Below, piece after piece: positions 18,145-28,420 of a stretch of DNA of 64,000 bases; the first letter of the stretch is position 1, and each line of letters begins with the position of its first letter. Made by a program: the position numbers and the translations under genes. Source of the DNA: an uncultured Chloroflexia bacterium (GTDB taxonomy: Bacteria; Chloroflexota; Limnocylindria; Limnocylindrales; CSP1-4); NCBI GenBank assembly GCA_963720755.1, contig CAVRGP010000011.1:128001-192000 (forward strand), written 5' to 3'. The notes below the pieces were generated by a model. That model was given only the letters and a program-made list of their open reading frames with translations, did not search any database and was not told the origin of the DNA.

Positions 18145-19529
18145 GCGAGATGATGCGACTCACCGACGACGCGATCCGCGCGGCGCTGACCCCGGCGGCC
18201 GAGGTCCGCGCCCCTGCCGGCCTCGCCGCCGGCATCCGGGCGGTCATCGATACCACGCCACAGCGTCGTGCGCGTCGGATCGGTTGGGCGCCGTCGCGCC
18301 GGACGCGCCTCGTGCTCCAGTTCGCGGTCGTCGGCCTCCTCCTGCTCGCGATGCTCGGGGCGATCCTCCTTGTCGGGTCGCACCGGTCCGACCCGACGAG
18401 CCTGCCGACCGTGACGACCTACCGCGGCGGCCCGGCGCGCACCGCGGTCATGCCCGGGCCGGGGCCTATCGTCCCGCTGCGCGTCGAATGGCAGGCCGGG
18501 GTGAAGGGTCCGATCGCCGGCGGATCGCCCGGTCATCGAAGACGGGGTCGTCTATGTCGGGGATGAAAGCGGGTTCGTCTCGGCGATCGATCTGGCAACT
18601 GGTGGCATCCTCTGGCAACACGACGTCGGGGCGCCGATCAACGCCGGCCTGTCGATCGCGGATGGCCTGGTCATCGTCGGCGACGACAACGGCCTGGTCC
18701 ACGCGCTGGACGCCGCCGCCGATGGCACCGAGCGGTGGTCGTACCTCACGGGCGCGCCGGTCCATTCCGCATCGATCGTGTTGGACGGGGTCGCCTATGT
18801 CGGCTCCCTCGACGGCAACCTGTACGCGATCGACATGGCGACCGGGAGACCTTCGCTTGGCCGGCGCCCGTCGTCACCGCCGGGCCGATCAGTCGAGCGA
18901 TCGCGGCCTCGAATGGCGTCATCTACACAGGTTCAGGTGGCGCGGCGGCAACCGATCCGGGGACGATCGCCGCCTACGATGCGACGCTCCGGCGAGCTTC
19001 TCTGGGCCGACCCACTCGAGCCGGGCAACACGGCCACGCCGATGGTCGCGGACGGGAGCGTCTTCGTCGCCGGCGGACTCGACACGGACGGGAGCCCGAC
19101 CCACGAGCTGTCCGCGTTCGATGCCGCCAACGGGGCGACCAGGTGGCCGACCCCGTTCAGCGTCCCGACCGGGGCCATCCTGCTCCCGGGCGCCGTCGCC
19201 GATGGCCAGGTCTTCGCGGAAAGCACCGATGGGTCGCTGCACGTCGTGGACGCCGCGACCGGGGCCTTCATCTGGTCGATCCCGATCGGAGCCACCTTGT
19301 CGCCAAGCGGCGGTCTCGTCGACGGCGTCTTCTACGCGACGAGCGATGACCAGGCGATCCATGTCATCGATATCGCCAGTCGGTCCGAAACTGGGGCCAT
19401 CACGGTCAAGGGCACCCCGACTGCCCGGCCATCCTCGACGGCAGGATCATCGTCGGGACGAGCCTCGGCAAGGTGGTCAGCATCGTGGGCGTGGCGACCG
19501 CCGAATCAAGGCCCGGCGCGACGCCCTGA
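18141..19529 (+). pseudogene. Anti-sigma factor with extracellular PQQ-like beta-propeller, several frameshifts
   Basis: ATGA-coupled to the sigma; TM helix, then YRGGPARTAVMPGPGP and PQQ blades. Confidence 0.7.
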
Positions 19530-19555
19530 GCTCGCGGCGCGGAACGCGCTAAGCC

Positions 19556-22105
19556 TCAGCGAACGACGAGGTTCACCAGCTTGCCGCCGCCGGCGACCAC
19601 GATCCGGTCCGGGGTCTTGCCGCCGAGGATCTCCTGGATCCGTTCCCGGGCGAGGACGGCGGCCTCGATCTCCTCGGCTGAGGCATCGGTCGGGACGGTG
19701 ACCTTGTCGCGCAGCTTGCCGTTTACCTGGATGGGGATCTCACGAGTCGACTCCACGACCGCCGAGGCATCCACCTCTGGCCATGGCTGTTCGTGGATGG
19801 AACCCCAGGCCTCGCCCGCGGCAACCGACCGGCGGCTCCACAGTTCCTCGCTGATATGCGGCGCGGCCGGGGCGAGCATCAGCAACAGCAGGCGGATCGC
19901 CTCGTCCCACTCCGGCGAGCCGGCCACGACCGTGCCCCGGTAGCGGAAGAGCGTGTTCGACAGCTCCATCAGCTTCGCGATCATCGTGTTGAAGCGGAAG
20001 CCTTCGTAGTCCGCGGTCACGTCCCGGAGCGTCTTGTGGGCAGCGGCGCGGAGGCCGGTTCGAGCGGCCGCCTCCGTCTCACCGGCCGGCAGCGAGCCCG
20101 CCTCGGGATCACCGGGCTCCTGTCCGGTGGCGTCGAGGACCAGGGTCCAGACCCGGTTCAGGAAGCGATGCACGCCCCCGATCCCGGTCGGGCTCCACGG
20201 CCCGCCCTGGTCCCACGGGCCCATGAACATCAGGAACAGCCGGACGGTGTCGGCGCCGTAGCGCGCGACCAGCTCGTCGGGGTCCTGGACGTTGCCGCGC
20301 GATTTCGACATCCGCTCGCCGTCGGCCCCCAGGATCTGGCCCTGGTTGAACATCCGGATGAACGGTTCGCGGTCGCGGACGAGGCCGGAGTCGGCCATCG
20401 CCTTGGTGAAGAACCGGCTGTACAGGAGGTGCATGACCGCGTGTTCGGCGCCACCGGTGTACTGGTCCACCGGCGTCCACTTGTCGGTCATCTCGCGGTC
20501 CACCGGTCCACCGGGCTCGTCCGACGACAGGTAGCGGAACCAATACCACGAAGAGTCCATGAAGGTGTCCATCGTGTCGGTCTCGCGACGCGCCGGCCCG
20601 CCGCACCGGGGACACTCCACCCGCAGGAATGCCTCGTCATGGTTGAGCGGGTTGTCGCCGCTCCCCGCGTAGTCGACCGTCTCCGGCAGCCGGACGGGCA
20701 GATCTTCGTAGGGGACCGGGACGACGCCATCGTCCGGGCAATAGATGATCGGGATCGGCGTGCCCCAGTAGCGCTGGCGGCTGATCAGCCAGTCGCGCAA
20801 TCGATAGGTGACCTTGGGCTCGGCCCGCCCGCTCTCGGCCAGCCAGTCGACGATCGCCTTGCCGCCTTCGTCCGCCCCCAGGCCATCGAATCGTCCGCTG
20901 TTGACGAGCCGCTCGTCCGCCGCATGCGATATGAAGGCGTCGTCCATCGGGGCATCGGCGGCAACGCCCGGCTCGGCGACGACGCGCCGGATCTCCAGGC
21001 CGAACCGCCGGGCGAACTCGAAGTCGCGTTCGTCGTGGGCGGGGACGGCCATGATCGCGCCCGTGCCGTAGCCGGCCAGCACGTAGTCGGCGACGAAGAT
21101 CGGGATCCGCTCGCCGTTGACCGGGTTCACGGCCTCGGCCCCGATGGCGATGCCGGTCTTCTCGCGATCGGCCGACAGGCGATCGATCTCGGTCCGGCGG
21201 CGGGCCTGGCCGACGTACGCCTCGACCTCCGCCAGTCGGGTCGGATGGGTCAGCTTCGGGACGAGCGGGTGTTCGGGCGCGAGGACCATGAACGTCGCCC
21301 CGAACAGTGTGTCCGGTCGGGTGGTGAAGACGCGCAGGCGGTCACCGCCAGGCTGGTAGTCGTCGGGTGCGACCTCGAAGTCGATCTCGGCACCCTCCGA
21401 CCGGCCGATCCAATTCGTCTGCATGATCCTGACCGGCTCGGGCCAGTCCAACCCGGTGAAGTCCAGGAGCTCGTCGGCGTACGTGGTCGTGCGCAGGAAC
21501 CACTGCTCGAGGTCGCGCTTCTCGACCAGCGCTCCGCAGCGCCAGCAGTGCCGATCCGTGCCCTCGACCTGCTCGCGGGCGAGCGTGCCGTCATTGGGGC
21601 ACCAGTCGACGGCCGACAGCGCGCGGTAGGCGAGGCCGGCTTCCATCAGCTTCAGGAACAGCCACTGGTTCCACTGGTAGTACGAAGGATCCGCGGTGAC
21701 GACTTCGGTCTTCCAGGCGAAGGTGGCGCCCATCGTCTTGAACTGGCGGCGCATGTTCTCGATGTTCTGCATCGTCCACGTGAACGGATGGCCACCGTTC
21801 CTGATCGCGGCGTTCTCGGCCGGCAGTCCGAAGGCATCGAACCCGATCGGGAAGAAGACGTTGTAGCCGTGCATCCGCCGGAAGCGAGCGAGCGCATCGC
21901 TCGGCGTGACGATGTACCAGTGGCCGATGTGGAGGTCCCCCGACGGATACGGATACATCGTCAGCAGGTAGTACTTCGGCCGCGAGTCGTCGGTCAGGTC
22001 CGTCTCGTACAGTTCGAGCTCGGCCCAGCGCGCCTGCCAGCGCGGTTCGATGGCGGTCGGGTCATAGCGCTCGATCCGGGTGCGGTCTTTGGCGGTGTCG
22101 GTCAC
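19556..22105 (-). CDS. leuS: Leucine--tRNA ligase
   Basis: MYPYPSGDLHIGH (HIGH) and RMSKS (KMSKS) motifs, CP1 editing domain; start probably GTG 22105. Confidence 0.97.
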   Translation of the reverse strand: MTDTAKDRTRIERYDPTAIEPRWQARWAELELYETDLTDDSRPKYYLLTMYPYPSGDLHIGHWYIVTPSDALARFRRMHGYNVFFPIGFDAFGLPAENAAIRNGGHPFTWTMQNIENMRRQFKTMGATFAWKTEVVTADPSYYQWNQWLFLKLMEAGLAYRALSAVDWCPNDGTLAREQVEGTDRHCWRCGALVEKRDLEQWFLRTTTYADELLDFTGLDWPEPVRIMQTNWIGRSEGAEIDFEVAPDDYQPGGDRLRVFTTRPDTLFGATFMVLAPEHPLVPKLTHPTRLAEVEAYVGQARRRTEIDRLSADREKTGIAIGAEAVNPVNGERIPIFVADYVLAGYGTGAIMAVPAHDERDFEFARRFGLEIRRVVAEPGVAADAPMDDAFISHAADERLVNSGRFDGLGADEGGKAIVDWLAESGRAEPKVTYRLRDWLISRQRYWGTPIPIIYCPDDGVVPVPYEDLPVRLPETVDYAGSGDNPLNHDEAFLRVECPRCGGPARRETDTMDTFMDSSWYWFRYLSSDEPGGPVDREMTDKWTPVDQYTGGAEHAVMHLLYSRFFTKAMADSGLVRDREPFIRMFNQGQILGADGERMSKSRGNVQDPDELVARYGADTVRLFLMFMGPWDQGGPWSPTGIGGVHRFLNRVWTLVLDATGQEPGDPEAGSLPAGETEAAARTGLRAAAHKTLRDVTADYEGFRFNTMIAKLMELSNTLFRYRGTVVAGSPEWDEAIRLLLLMLAPAAPHISEELWSRRSVAAGEAWGSIHEQPWPEVDASAVVESTREIPIQVNGKLRDKVTVPTDASAEEIEAAVLARERIQEILGGKTPDRIVVAGGGKLVNLVVR

Positions 22106-22172
22106 GATCGTCCTCGGATACCAACGCACCCCCCGCCGGCCGGGCGAGGGGTGGGAGGTCGGCTGTCTCTCA

Positions 22173-22248
22173 TGGTGGAGCTACGGGGACTCGAACCCCG
22201 GACCCCCTGCATGCCATGCAGGTGCTCTTCCAGCTGAGCTATAGCCCC
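22173..22248 (-). tRNA. tRNA-Ala(GGC)
   Basis: 76 nt GGGGCTA...TAGCTCCACCA, G3:U70 pair, anticodon GGC, T-loop TTCGAG. Confidence 0.97.
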
Positions 22249-22295
22249 ACGGGATGGGGAGTTTACCAGAGGTCGAACGTGGCACCATCTGTCCC

Positions 22296-23912
22296 ATGAC
22301 CACGTTCGATCTGCTATTGCGTGGTGGGATCGTCATCGACGGCACGGGCGCTCCGGGGAAGCGCGCGGACGTCGGCGTCCTCGGCGATCGGATCCTGGCG
22401 ATCGATGACCTGTCCGCGGTGGACCCCGCCGGCGTCGAGACCGTCATCGACGTCGATGGGCTCATGGTGGTGCCCGGTTTCATCGACCCGCATGGCCACT
22501 CGGACGGGTCGCTCTTCCTCGACGGCGCCCTCGCCAGCCATCTCCACCAGGGTTTCACCACCCAGTTGTCGGGGAACTGCGGCGATTCGCTGGCACCGAT
22601 CACCACAGCCGGGCGCGAGATCGTGGACCTGTCGTTGCGGGCGAATTCCCTCGTTGCCCGCTGGCTGACGTTCGCCGAGTACCTCGACCGGGTCGACGAG
22701 CAACCGCTCGGGCCGAATGTCGCCTTCCTCGTCGGCCACGGCACGATCCGCGCCTCCGTGCTCGGCGCCGACGATCGCCCGCCGACCGAGGACGAGCTCG
22801 GGGCGATGGTGACCGAGGTCGCCGCGGCCATGGAGGCCGGCGCGCTGGGTCTCTCGAGCGGCCTGATCTACGCGCCGGGGATCCATGCGTCGGCCCCCGA
22901 GGTCGAAGCGCTCGTGCTGGCCACAGCGGAACGCGGCGGACTGTACGCAACCCATATGCGCAATGAGTCCGATGAGCTGTTCACCTCGCTCGATGAGTCG
23001 ATCGCAGCGGTGCGTGCCGCGGGCTCCGGTGGCCGGCTGCAGGTCTCGCACCTCAAGGCGGCCTCGGCGAAGGTGTGGGGCCGGGCTGCCGAGGCAGTCG
23101 GGGTGCTCGATCGCGCGCGTGCCGAGGGCCTCGATGTCGCGGCAGATCAGTATCCGTATACGGCGGCGGCGACCACGCTGGCCACGATCCTCCCGCCGGC
23201 CCTCCAGGCGCTCGGGATCGATGAATGCGTCACGGCGTTGGACGATCCCCATATCCGCGACCTGATCCGATCGGAGATCGCGCGCGGTATCTCGGGATGG
23301 GAGAACGTCGCCGCGGACCCCGGCTGGGGCGGGATCCGCATCTCGCATGCCGCGAGTCGTCCGGAGTGGGCCGGCCGATCCCTGGCCGAGCTTGCCGACG
23401 ACCTGCAGAGCGATCCGGCCGAGCTTGCGTTCGACGTGCTCGCCGCCGACCGACTCGACGTGTCGGTCGTCATCGAGTGCATGACCGAACCGGACGTCGA
23501 GACGATCATGGCCATCCCCTGGATCGCCGTATGCACCGATGCCGAAGGCCGTCGTCCGGACCACCCAGTCCTCGACGCCGGGCGGCCGCATCCGCGAACG
23601 TACGGAAGCGCGCCACGCGTCCTGGGGCACTACGTTCGGGAACGTGGCCTGCTGTCGCTGGAAGCGGCGATCGCCAAGCTCACCTCCGTGCCCGCCGGTC
23701 GACTCGGTCTGCGCGATCGCGGCGTGGTCCGCGAGGGAGCCATGGCCGACCTGGTCGTCTTCGACCCGGCCACGGTGATCGATGAGGCCACCTACGCGGA
23801 GCCCGCCCGGTACCCGATCGGCATCGACCACGTGATCGTGAATGGCCGGCCGGCGATCATCTCGGGAGCGGAGACCGGCGAACGCCCCGGCCGGCTGCTG
23901 CGCGGCGGCTGA
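22296..23912 (+). CDS. N-acyl-D-amino-acid deacylase (amidohydrolase family)
   Basis: PGFIDPHGHSD, GNCG, HMRNE, QVSHLK, PHPRTYG motifs. Confidence 0.9.
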   Translation: MTTFDLLLRGGIVIDGTGAPGKRADVGVLGDRILAIDDLSAVDPAGVETVIDVDGLMVVPGFIDPHGHSDGSLFLDGALASHLHQGFTTQLSGNCGDSLAPITTAGREIVDLSLRANSLVARWLTFAEYLDRVDEQPLGPNVAFLVGHGTIRASVLGADDRPPTEDELGAMVTEVAAAMEAGALGLSSGLIYAPGIHASAPEVEALVLATAERGGLYATHMRNESDELFTSLDESIAAVRAAGSGGRLQVSHLKAASAKVWGRAAEAVGVLDRARAEGLDVAADQYPYTAAATTLATILPPALQALGIDECVTALDDPHIRDLIRSEIARGISGWENVAADPGWGGIRISHAASRPEWAGRSLAELADDLQSDPAELAFDVLAADRLDVSVVIECMTEPDVETIMAIPWIAVCTDAEGRRPDHPVLDAGRPHPRTYGSAPRVLGHYVRERGLLSLEAAIAKLTSVPAGRLGLRDRGVVREGAMADLVVFDPATVIDEATYAEPARYPIGIDHVIVNGRPAIISGAETGERPGRLLRGG

Positions 23913-23919
23913 CCGACAC

Positions 23920-24702
23920 GTGCCGGTCACCGAGTCCGCCGCGGTCGCCCACCTCCGGGGCGGGCCGATCGGCTACACGCTACGCCGCTCACCTCGGTCG
24001 CGCGGGATCCGGGTCGTCATCCATCCTGAACGCGGCGTCGTCGTCACGGTCCCGTCAGCCTCGCGCCGACCCTGGAGTGCCCCCGAATCCGAGATCGACC
24101 GGTTTCTCGCCGAGCGTGAGCCGTGGCTTCGGCGCCACATGGACCGGCACGAACGAGAGCGCACCGAGCTGGCCGCCAGGGGCGGCATCGCGGACGGCGC
24201 CCAGATCCGGTTCCTCGGCGACCTCCACCGGTTGCGGATCGGTGCGGCGCAACCGGGGATCCGCCGCTCGACCATCGAACGGATCGGCGGACCCGTCGAA
24301 GACGAATTGATCGTGTCCCTGGCCCCTGCCGATCGACGGTCGCCGAGCGCCGTCCTCGAAGCCTGGTTCAGGCACCGAGCGAGCGATGCGATCCACGAGG
24401 ACATCGGTCGTCATGCTGCGGGGCTTGGCGTGAGCCCGACGGCCGTGAGCATCCGCGATCAGCGCACGCGCTGGGGCAGTGCCTCGCGCCAGGGCCGGCT
24501 TGCGTTCTCATGGCGACTCATCCTCGCGCCGGCGGAGGCGCGCGAGACGGTCGTCATCCACGAGTTGGCCCACCTGCGGGTCTTCGGCCACGGCCCGCGA
24601 TTCTGGGAGGTCGTCGCCTCCCGCCGCCCGGATCACCGGACCTGGCGGAGATGGCTGCACGACCACTCGACCGAACTCCACGGCGCGCTTCTGGAGCGAT
24701 GA
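23920..24702 (+). CDS. YgjP/DUF45-like zinc metallopeptidase
   Basis: IRDQRTRWGS...WRLI...VVIHELAHL...HGPRFW. Confidence 0.88.
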   Translation: MPVTESAAVAHLRGGPIGYTLRRSPRSRGIRVVIHPERGVVVTVPSASRRPWSAPESEIDRFLAEREPWLRRHMDRHERERTELAARGGIADGAQIRFLGDLHRLRIGAAQPGIRRSTIERIGGPVEDELIVSLAPADRRSPSAVLEAWFRHRASDAIHEDIGRHAAGLGVSPTAVSIRDQRTRWGSASRQGRLAFSWRLILAPAEARETVVIHELAHLRVFGHGPRFWEVVASRRPDHRTWRRWLHDHSTELHGALLER

Positions 24703-24708
24703 AGGGCG

Positions 24709-25431
24709 CTAGCTGGAGGGAGCGTTCTCGTCGGGACGGAGGCGCATCCCGAGGAGCGCGACCCAGATCGGCAGCGCGATCCCCGTGGCCAGGGCCGTCA
24801 CCAGTTGGCCGAACTGCGAGTCGACGACCTCGGTCATCACGACTCCGGCGATCAACAGGATCGCGGAGGTCCAGGCCAGCCCGCGAAACGTCGGTGCAGA
24901 TCGGGCGAACGGGATCTGGATCGATGCTGCCAAGACAGCCAGCGCACCGACCACGATCGCGCCGTACTCGAGCCAGGTCGCCCCGCCCTCGAAGATGTTG
25001 AGGGCCCACAGCTGGGCGATGGTCTCCTCCACCTTGAAGCCACAGTCGCAATAACCGGTGTTCGCTGCGCCGTTGGCACCGACGTAGAGCAGGCCGGCAG
25101 CGACGCCGAGGATGCCGCTCGTCAGCACGGCAACGCGAAGGACGCCGGTGCCCTGGCCGGGTCGCCCCAGTGCCGCGATCGAGTCGGAAGCGAGGGCGAG
25201 CGCGCCGAATGCCAGGACGAACGCCAGATGGGACGCGAAGTCGTACGGCCAGATCGCATCGCGATACGGTTGGCTCGCCGCGATCCGGCCGGGGAGGTCC
25301 AGCGTGTCCGCGAGGTTGGGCGGCGCGACGAACCAATCGAGACCGACACCAAGAGCCAGGACGGTTCCCACGATTAGTCCGGCGGCGACGATGCCGAGCA
25401 GTACCTGACCGACCGAAAACCGACGGTTCAT
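24709..25431 (-). CDS. Hypothetical multi-TM protein
   Basis: About six hydrophobic helices; CDC motif. Confidence 0.7.
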   Translation of the reverse strand: MNRRFSVGQVLLGIVAAGLIVGTVLALGVGLDWFVAPPNLADTLDLPGRIAASQPYRDAIWPYDFASHLAFVLAFGALALASDSIAALGRPGQGTGVLRVAVLTSGILGVAAGLLYVGANGAANTGYCDCGFKVEETIAQLWALNIFEGGATWLEYGAIVVGALAVLAASIQIPFARSAPTFRGLAWTSAILLIAGVVMTEVVDSQFGQLVTALATGIALPIWVALLGMRLRPDENAPSS

Positions 25432-25563
25432 CGCGTCGACCCTCCCAGATCACGTTCACCCGGATTTGGAGCGTATGGTCGCATGGATTCGCATCGCCAC
25501 GTCGGGATTCAGGGCATCGCCGCCGCCGGTCCGAAGGACGGTGCTACGAGCGCGCTCCGGATA

Positions 25564-26052
25564 TCAGTAGATCCATGGGATCAGCCGTTTGGTGCGTCGC
25601 TGGTACGCCTCGTAGCCCGGATGCGTGCTGGCCAGCCAGGCTTCCTCGCGCCGGGATTTCCCGGCGAACAGCAGGAACAGCAGGCCCGATGCGATCAGGA
25701 CCCAGACGGAGCCCGTGAACAATCCCCAGCCGATCGCCGCCAGGACGATCCCGCTGTAGATCGGATGACGGATCAGGCGGTAGGCACCGGACTCGATCAG
25801 CGGCGCGCCATCGATCGGCCGCGGGAACGGCGTGATCGCGGCCCGCAACTCCCACAACCCAAGCGTGGCAATGAGCCCGCCGCCGGCGATCGCCGCCAGT
25901 CCGACGGCCATGGCGACCGGCCCCCATGGATCGTCCAGGCCGTGTGCCCGCAGTTCGTTCAGTCCGGCCGCCGCGATGACCACGAAGAGGACGACCTGGA
26001 TCGCAACCCAGCCCTCGCCGCGGGGTCCCAGGGACGGCATGCGGGACGTCAT
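25564..26052 (-). CDS. Isoprenylcysteine carboxylmethyltransferase/PEMT family membrane protein
   Basis: GAYRLIRHPIYSG...REEAWL...YEAYQRRTKRLIPWIY. Confidence 0.88.
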   Translation of the reverse strand: MTSRMPSLGPRGEGWVAIQVVLFVVIAAAGLNELRAHGLDDPWGPVAMAVGLAAIAGGGLIATLGLWELRAAITPFPRPIDGAPLIESGAYRLIRHPIYSGIVLAAIGWGLFTGSVWVLIASGLLFLLFAGKSRREEAWLASTHPGYEAYQRRTKRLIPWIY

Positions 26053-26071
26053 CGCCCTGGCTCGCGTTCGA

Positions 26072-26410
26072 TCAAGCCGATGGCTGGACGACGGGAAGCG
26101 CTCGCATCGGCATGGGTCCGCTGACCGCCCCGACCTCGCCGGCGATGGCCTGGAACCGTCGTGCCGCCTCGGGAACCATGAAGTAGTGGATGAACGACGC
26201 GCGACGTTCCGTCCTGACCCAGCCGGAGTCTCGAAGGACCTTGAGGTGATGGCTGACCGTCGGCTGGGCGACCTCGCAGCAGGCGGTGAAATCGCAGGCG
26301 CACACGCCGTCGCCGGCTGACAATTGGCGCAGGATCGCCAACCGTGTCGGATCGGCCGCGGCCTGGAGGAGAAGGACGTCAGGGTCGGTCGTGCGCTTCA
26401 TGGGCGCCAT
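26072..26410 (-). CDS. arsR: ArsR/SmtB transcriptional repressor
   Basis: AAADPTRLAIL...VCACDFTACC...QPTVSHHLKVLR; divergent from arsM. Confidence 0.9.
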   Translation of the reverse strand: MAPMKRTTDPDVLLLQAAADPTRLAILRQLSAGDGVCACDFTACCEVAQPTVSHHLKVLRDSGWVRTERRASFIHYFMVPEAARRFQAIAGEVGAVSGPMPMRALPVVQPSA

Positions 26411-26412
26411 GG

Positions 26413-26446
26413 TATTGACAAGTATCTATATTTGCAAGTATCAATA
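26413..26446. promoter_or_regulatory. Probable ArsR operator/promoter
   Basis: TATTGACAAGTATCTATATTTGCAAGTATCAATA: TATTGA/TCAATA inverted repeat, internal CAAGTATC direct repeat, TTGACA hexamer. Confidence 0.7.
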
Positions 26447-26510
26447 TGCGGTACGCCCCAGAACGCAGCGCAGGCAGGCCCGCGGCCCGGCCCGCCCAGG
26501 AGGAACCAGG

Positions 26511-27320
26511 ATGACGACCGAGACGATCCACGAAGAAGTCCGGGCACGCTACGCGGCCGCTGCCAACCATTCGCACGACGGGAGCTGTTGCGACGGGGTA
26601 TCGGATGTGATCGGCTCGTCGCTCTATTCCGCGCTCGAGCGTGACGAATTGCCCGAGGCGGCCGTCCTCGCCTCGCTCGGCTGCGGCAATCCGATCGCGG
26701 TCGCCGAGTTGCACGAGGGCGAGCGAGTCCTCGACCTTGGATCCGGTGGCGGGATCGATGTCCTGCTGTCCGCCCGACGGGTCGGGCCGACCGGACGGGC
26801 GATCGGCCTCGACATGACCGATGAGATGCTCGCGCTCGCGCAACGCAACGTCGCCGAATCGGGCCTCACGAACATCGAGTTCGTGCGCGGCCACATCGAG
26901 GACATCCCGTTGCCGGCCGCGTCCGTCGATGTCGTGATCAGCAACTGCGTCATCAATCTGGCCGCCGACAAGTCGGCCGTGTTCCGCGAGATCGCCCGCG
27001 TGCTCCGTCCGGGCGGCCGGATGGGCGTGACCGACATCGTCGCCGAGGACCGACTGATGCCGGCCGAGCGGGCTGAACGTGGGTCCTACGTCGGCTGCAT
27101 CGCCGGAGCCCTGTCGTTCAGCGAGTTCCGCGCCGGGCTGGAAGCGGTCGGCCTGACCGATGTGTCGCTGACACCCATCCGGGATGTCGCCGAGGGCATG
27201 GTCAGCGCGATCGTCAAGGCCACCAAGCCGCTCGATGCGGGGATCAAGGTCGACCAGGCGGCACGGTCCCTGCCGGTCGCCGACGCCGGCTGCGGCTGCG
27301 GTTCTGACGGCTGCTGCTGA
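26511..27320 (+). CDS. arsM: Arsenite S-adenosylmethionine methyltransferase
   Basis: [38 protein letters not shown]; AGGAGG RBS. Confidence 0.92.
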   Translation: MTTETIHEEVRARYAAAANHSHDGSCCDGVSDVIGSSLYSALERDELPEAAVLASLGCGNPIAVAELHEGERVLDLGSGGGIDVLLSARRVGPTGRAIGLDMTDEMLALAQRNVAESGLTNIEFVRGHIEDIPLPAASVDVVISNCVINLAADKSAVFREIARVLRPGGRMGVTDIVAEDRLMPAERAERGSYVGCIAGALSFSEFRAGLEAVGLTDVSLTPIRDVAEGMVSAIVKATKPLDAGIKVDQAARSLPVADAGCGCGSDGCC

Positions 27321-27323
27321 GGG

Positions 27324-27399
27324 TGGTGGAGATGAGGGGACTCGAACCCCTGACCCCTGCGATGCGAACGCAGTGCTCTTCCAGCTGAGCTACATCCCC
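27324..27399 (-). tRNA. tRNA-Ala(CGC)
   Basis: 76 nt GGGGATG...CATCTCCACCA, G3:U70 pair, anticodon loop TTCGCAT. Confidence 0.96.
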
Positions 27400-27485
27400 A
27401 CGAGGCGGTCGCGCCTCGTCCGTGGACGGGGGACCGGTTCGGAATGGTAGCACGGGGTCACATCCACTCCGGATAGGCTGCGCAG

Positions 27486-28382
27486 ATGCCTTTCGGACTC
27501 CTCGCCGGACTCGGTGCTGCCCTCGCCTGGGGTACGACCGATCTCGTGAGCGCGCTCACGAGCCGTCGGATCGGCAGTCTGCTCGTGGCGACCGGGGTCA
27601 CGGTCGTCAGCGCCGCGTGGTTCGTCGTGATCGCGATCGTCGTTCGGCCGGATCGGGCCATCGACATCGCCGCATACGGGCCGTCGGTCCTCGTCGGCCT
27701 GCTCGGGGCCGGCGGCTACATGTCGTTCTACTCCGGATTGCGGGTAGGGCCGATCGCAGTCGTGAGTGGCATGGTCGCGGCGTACGGCGGCCTGACCGTC
27801 GTGCTTTCGGTCCTCCTCCGGGGCGAGACACTGACCGTGCTCCAGGCGGCCGGGGCCACGATCGCCACGATCGGCGTGATCCTCACCGGGATCGCCTTCA
27901 GCGGCGGTCCGCGCGGGACCCGCTTCGCGGGGCCGGGAGTGGTCTTCGCAGTCATCGCCTTGGTGCTCTTTGCGGTGATGGCCATCGCCACGGACATCGC
28001 GCTCTACTCTGCCGACGCCCTGCAGGTGCTCCTCATCTCACGCCTCGTGACGGCCACCACGACGGTCACGATCGTGTCGATCGTGCTGCTTCGCCGCAGG
28101 TCGATGGCCGGCCCGACCCCGGCTGGCACCGCAGCGCGTCGACCGGATCCGCGGGCACTTGCCGCGATCGGCCTCGCCGGCACGCTTGATGTGCTGGGGC
28201 TGACCGCGTTCACGGTCGGCCTGGAAACGGCGCCCACGTGGATGGTCGGGCTGGCATCGTCGTTCGGACCCGCGGTGACCATCGTCGCGGCCGTCGTCTT
28301 CCTGGGCGAACGGCTCAAGCCGATCCAATGGGTCGGGCTGCTCGGCGTCGCGATCGGGATGGTTGCGATCGCCCTGCCCTGA
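27486..28382 (+). CDS. EamA/DMT family transporter
   Basis: About 10 TM; AALAWG...FLGERLKPIQWVG. Confidence 0.88.
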   Translation: MPFGLLAGLGAALAWGTTDLVSALTSRRIGSLLVATGVTVVSAAWFVVIAIVVRPDRAIDIAAYGPSVLVGLLGAGGYMSFYSGLRVGPIAVVSGMVAAYGGLTVVLSVLLRGETLTVLQAAGATIATIGVILTGIAFSGGPRGTRFAGPGVVFAVIALVLFAVMAIATDIALYSADALQVLLISRLVTATTTVTIVSIVLLRRRSMAGPTPAGTAARRPDPRALAAIGLAGTLDVLGLTAFTVGLETAPTWMVGLASSFGPAVTIVAAVVFLGERLKPIQWVGLLGVAIGMVAIALP

Positions 28383-28420
28383 GGTCAGTCGGCGACGGAC
28401 GACCGGGTCATCGGGTCCGT

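Noticed and set aside
19793-22237. Long antisense ORFs (also 46247-48616, 47986-49908, 58662-61094, 22314-23930)
   Set aside because: Shadow frames of high-GC housekeeping genes with no recognisable motifs.
22173-27399. Segment between the two tRNA-Ala genes as a tRNA-integrated island
   Set aside because: Both tRNAs are full length with different anticodons; no integrase or truncated att copy, although arsM ends 3 bp from the CCA end.
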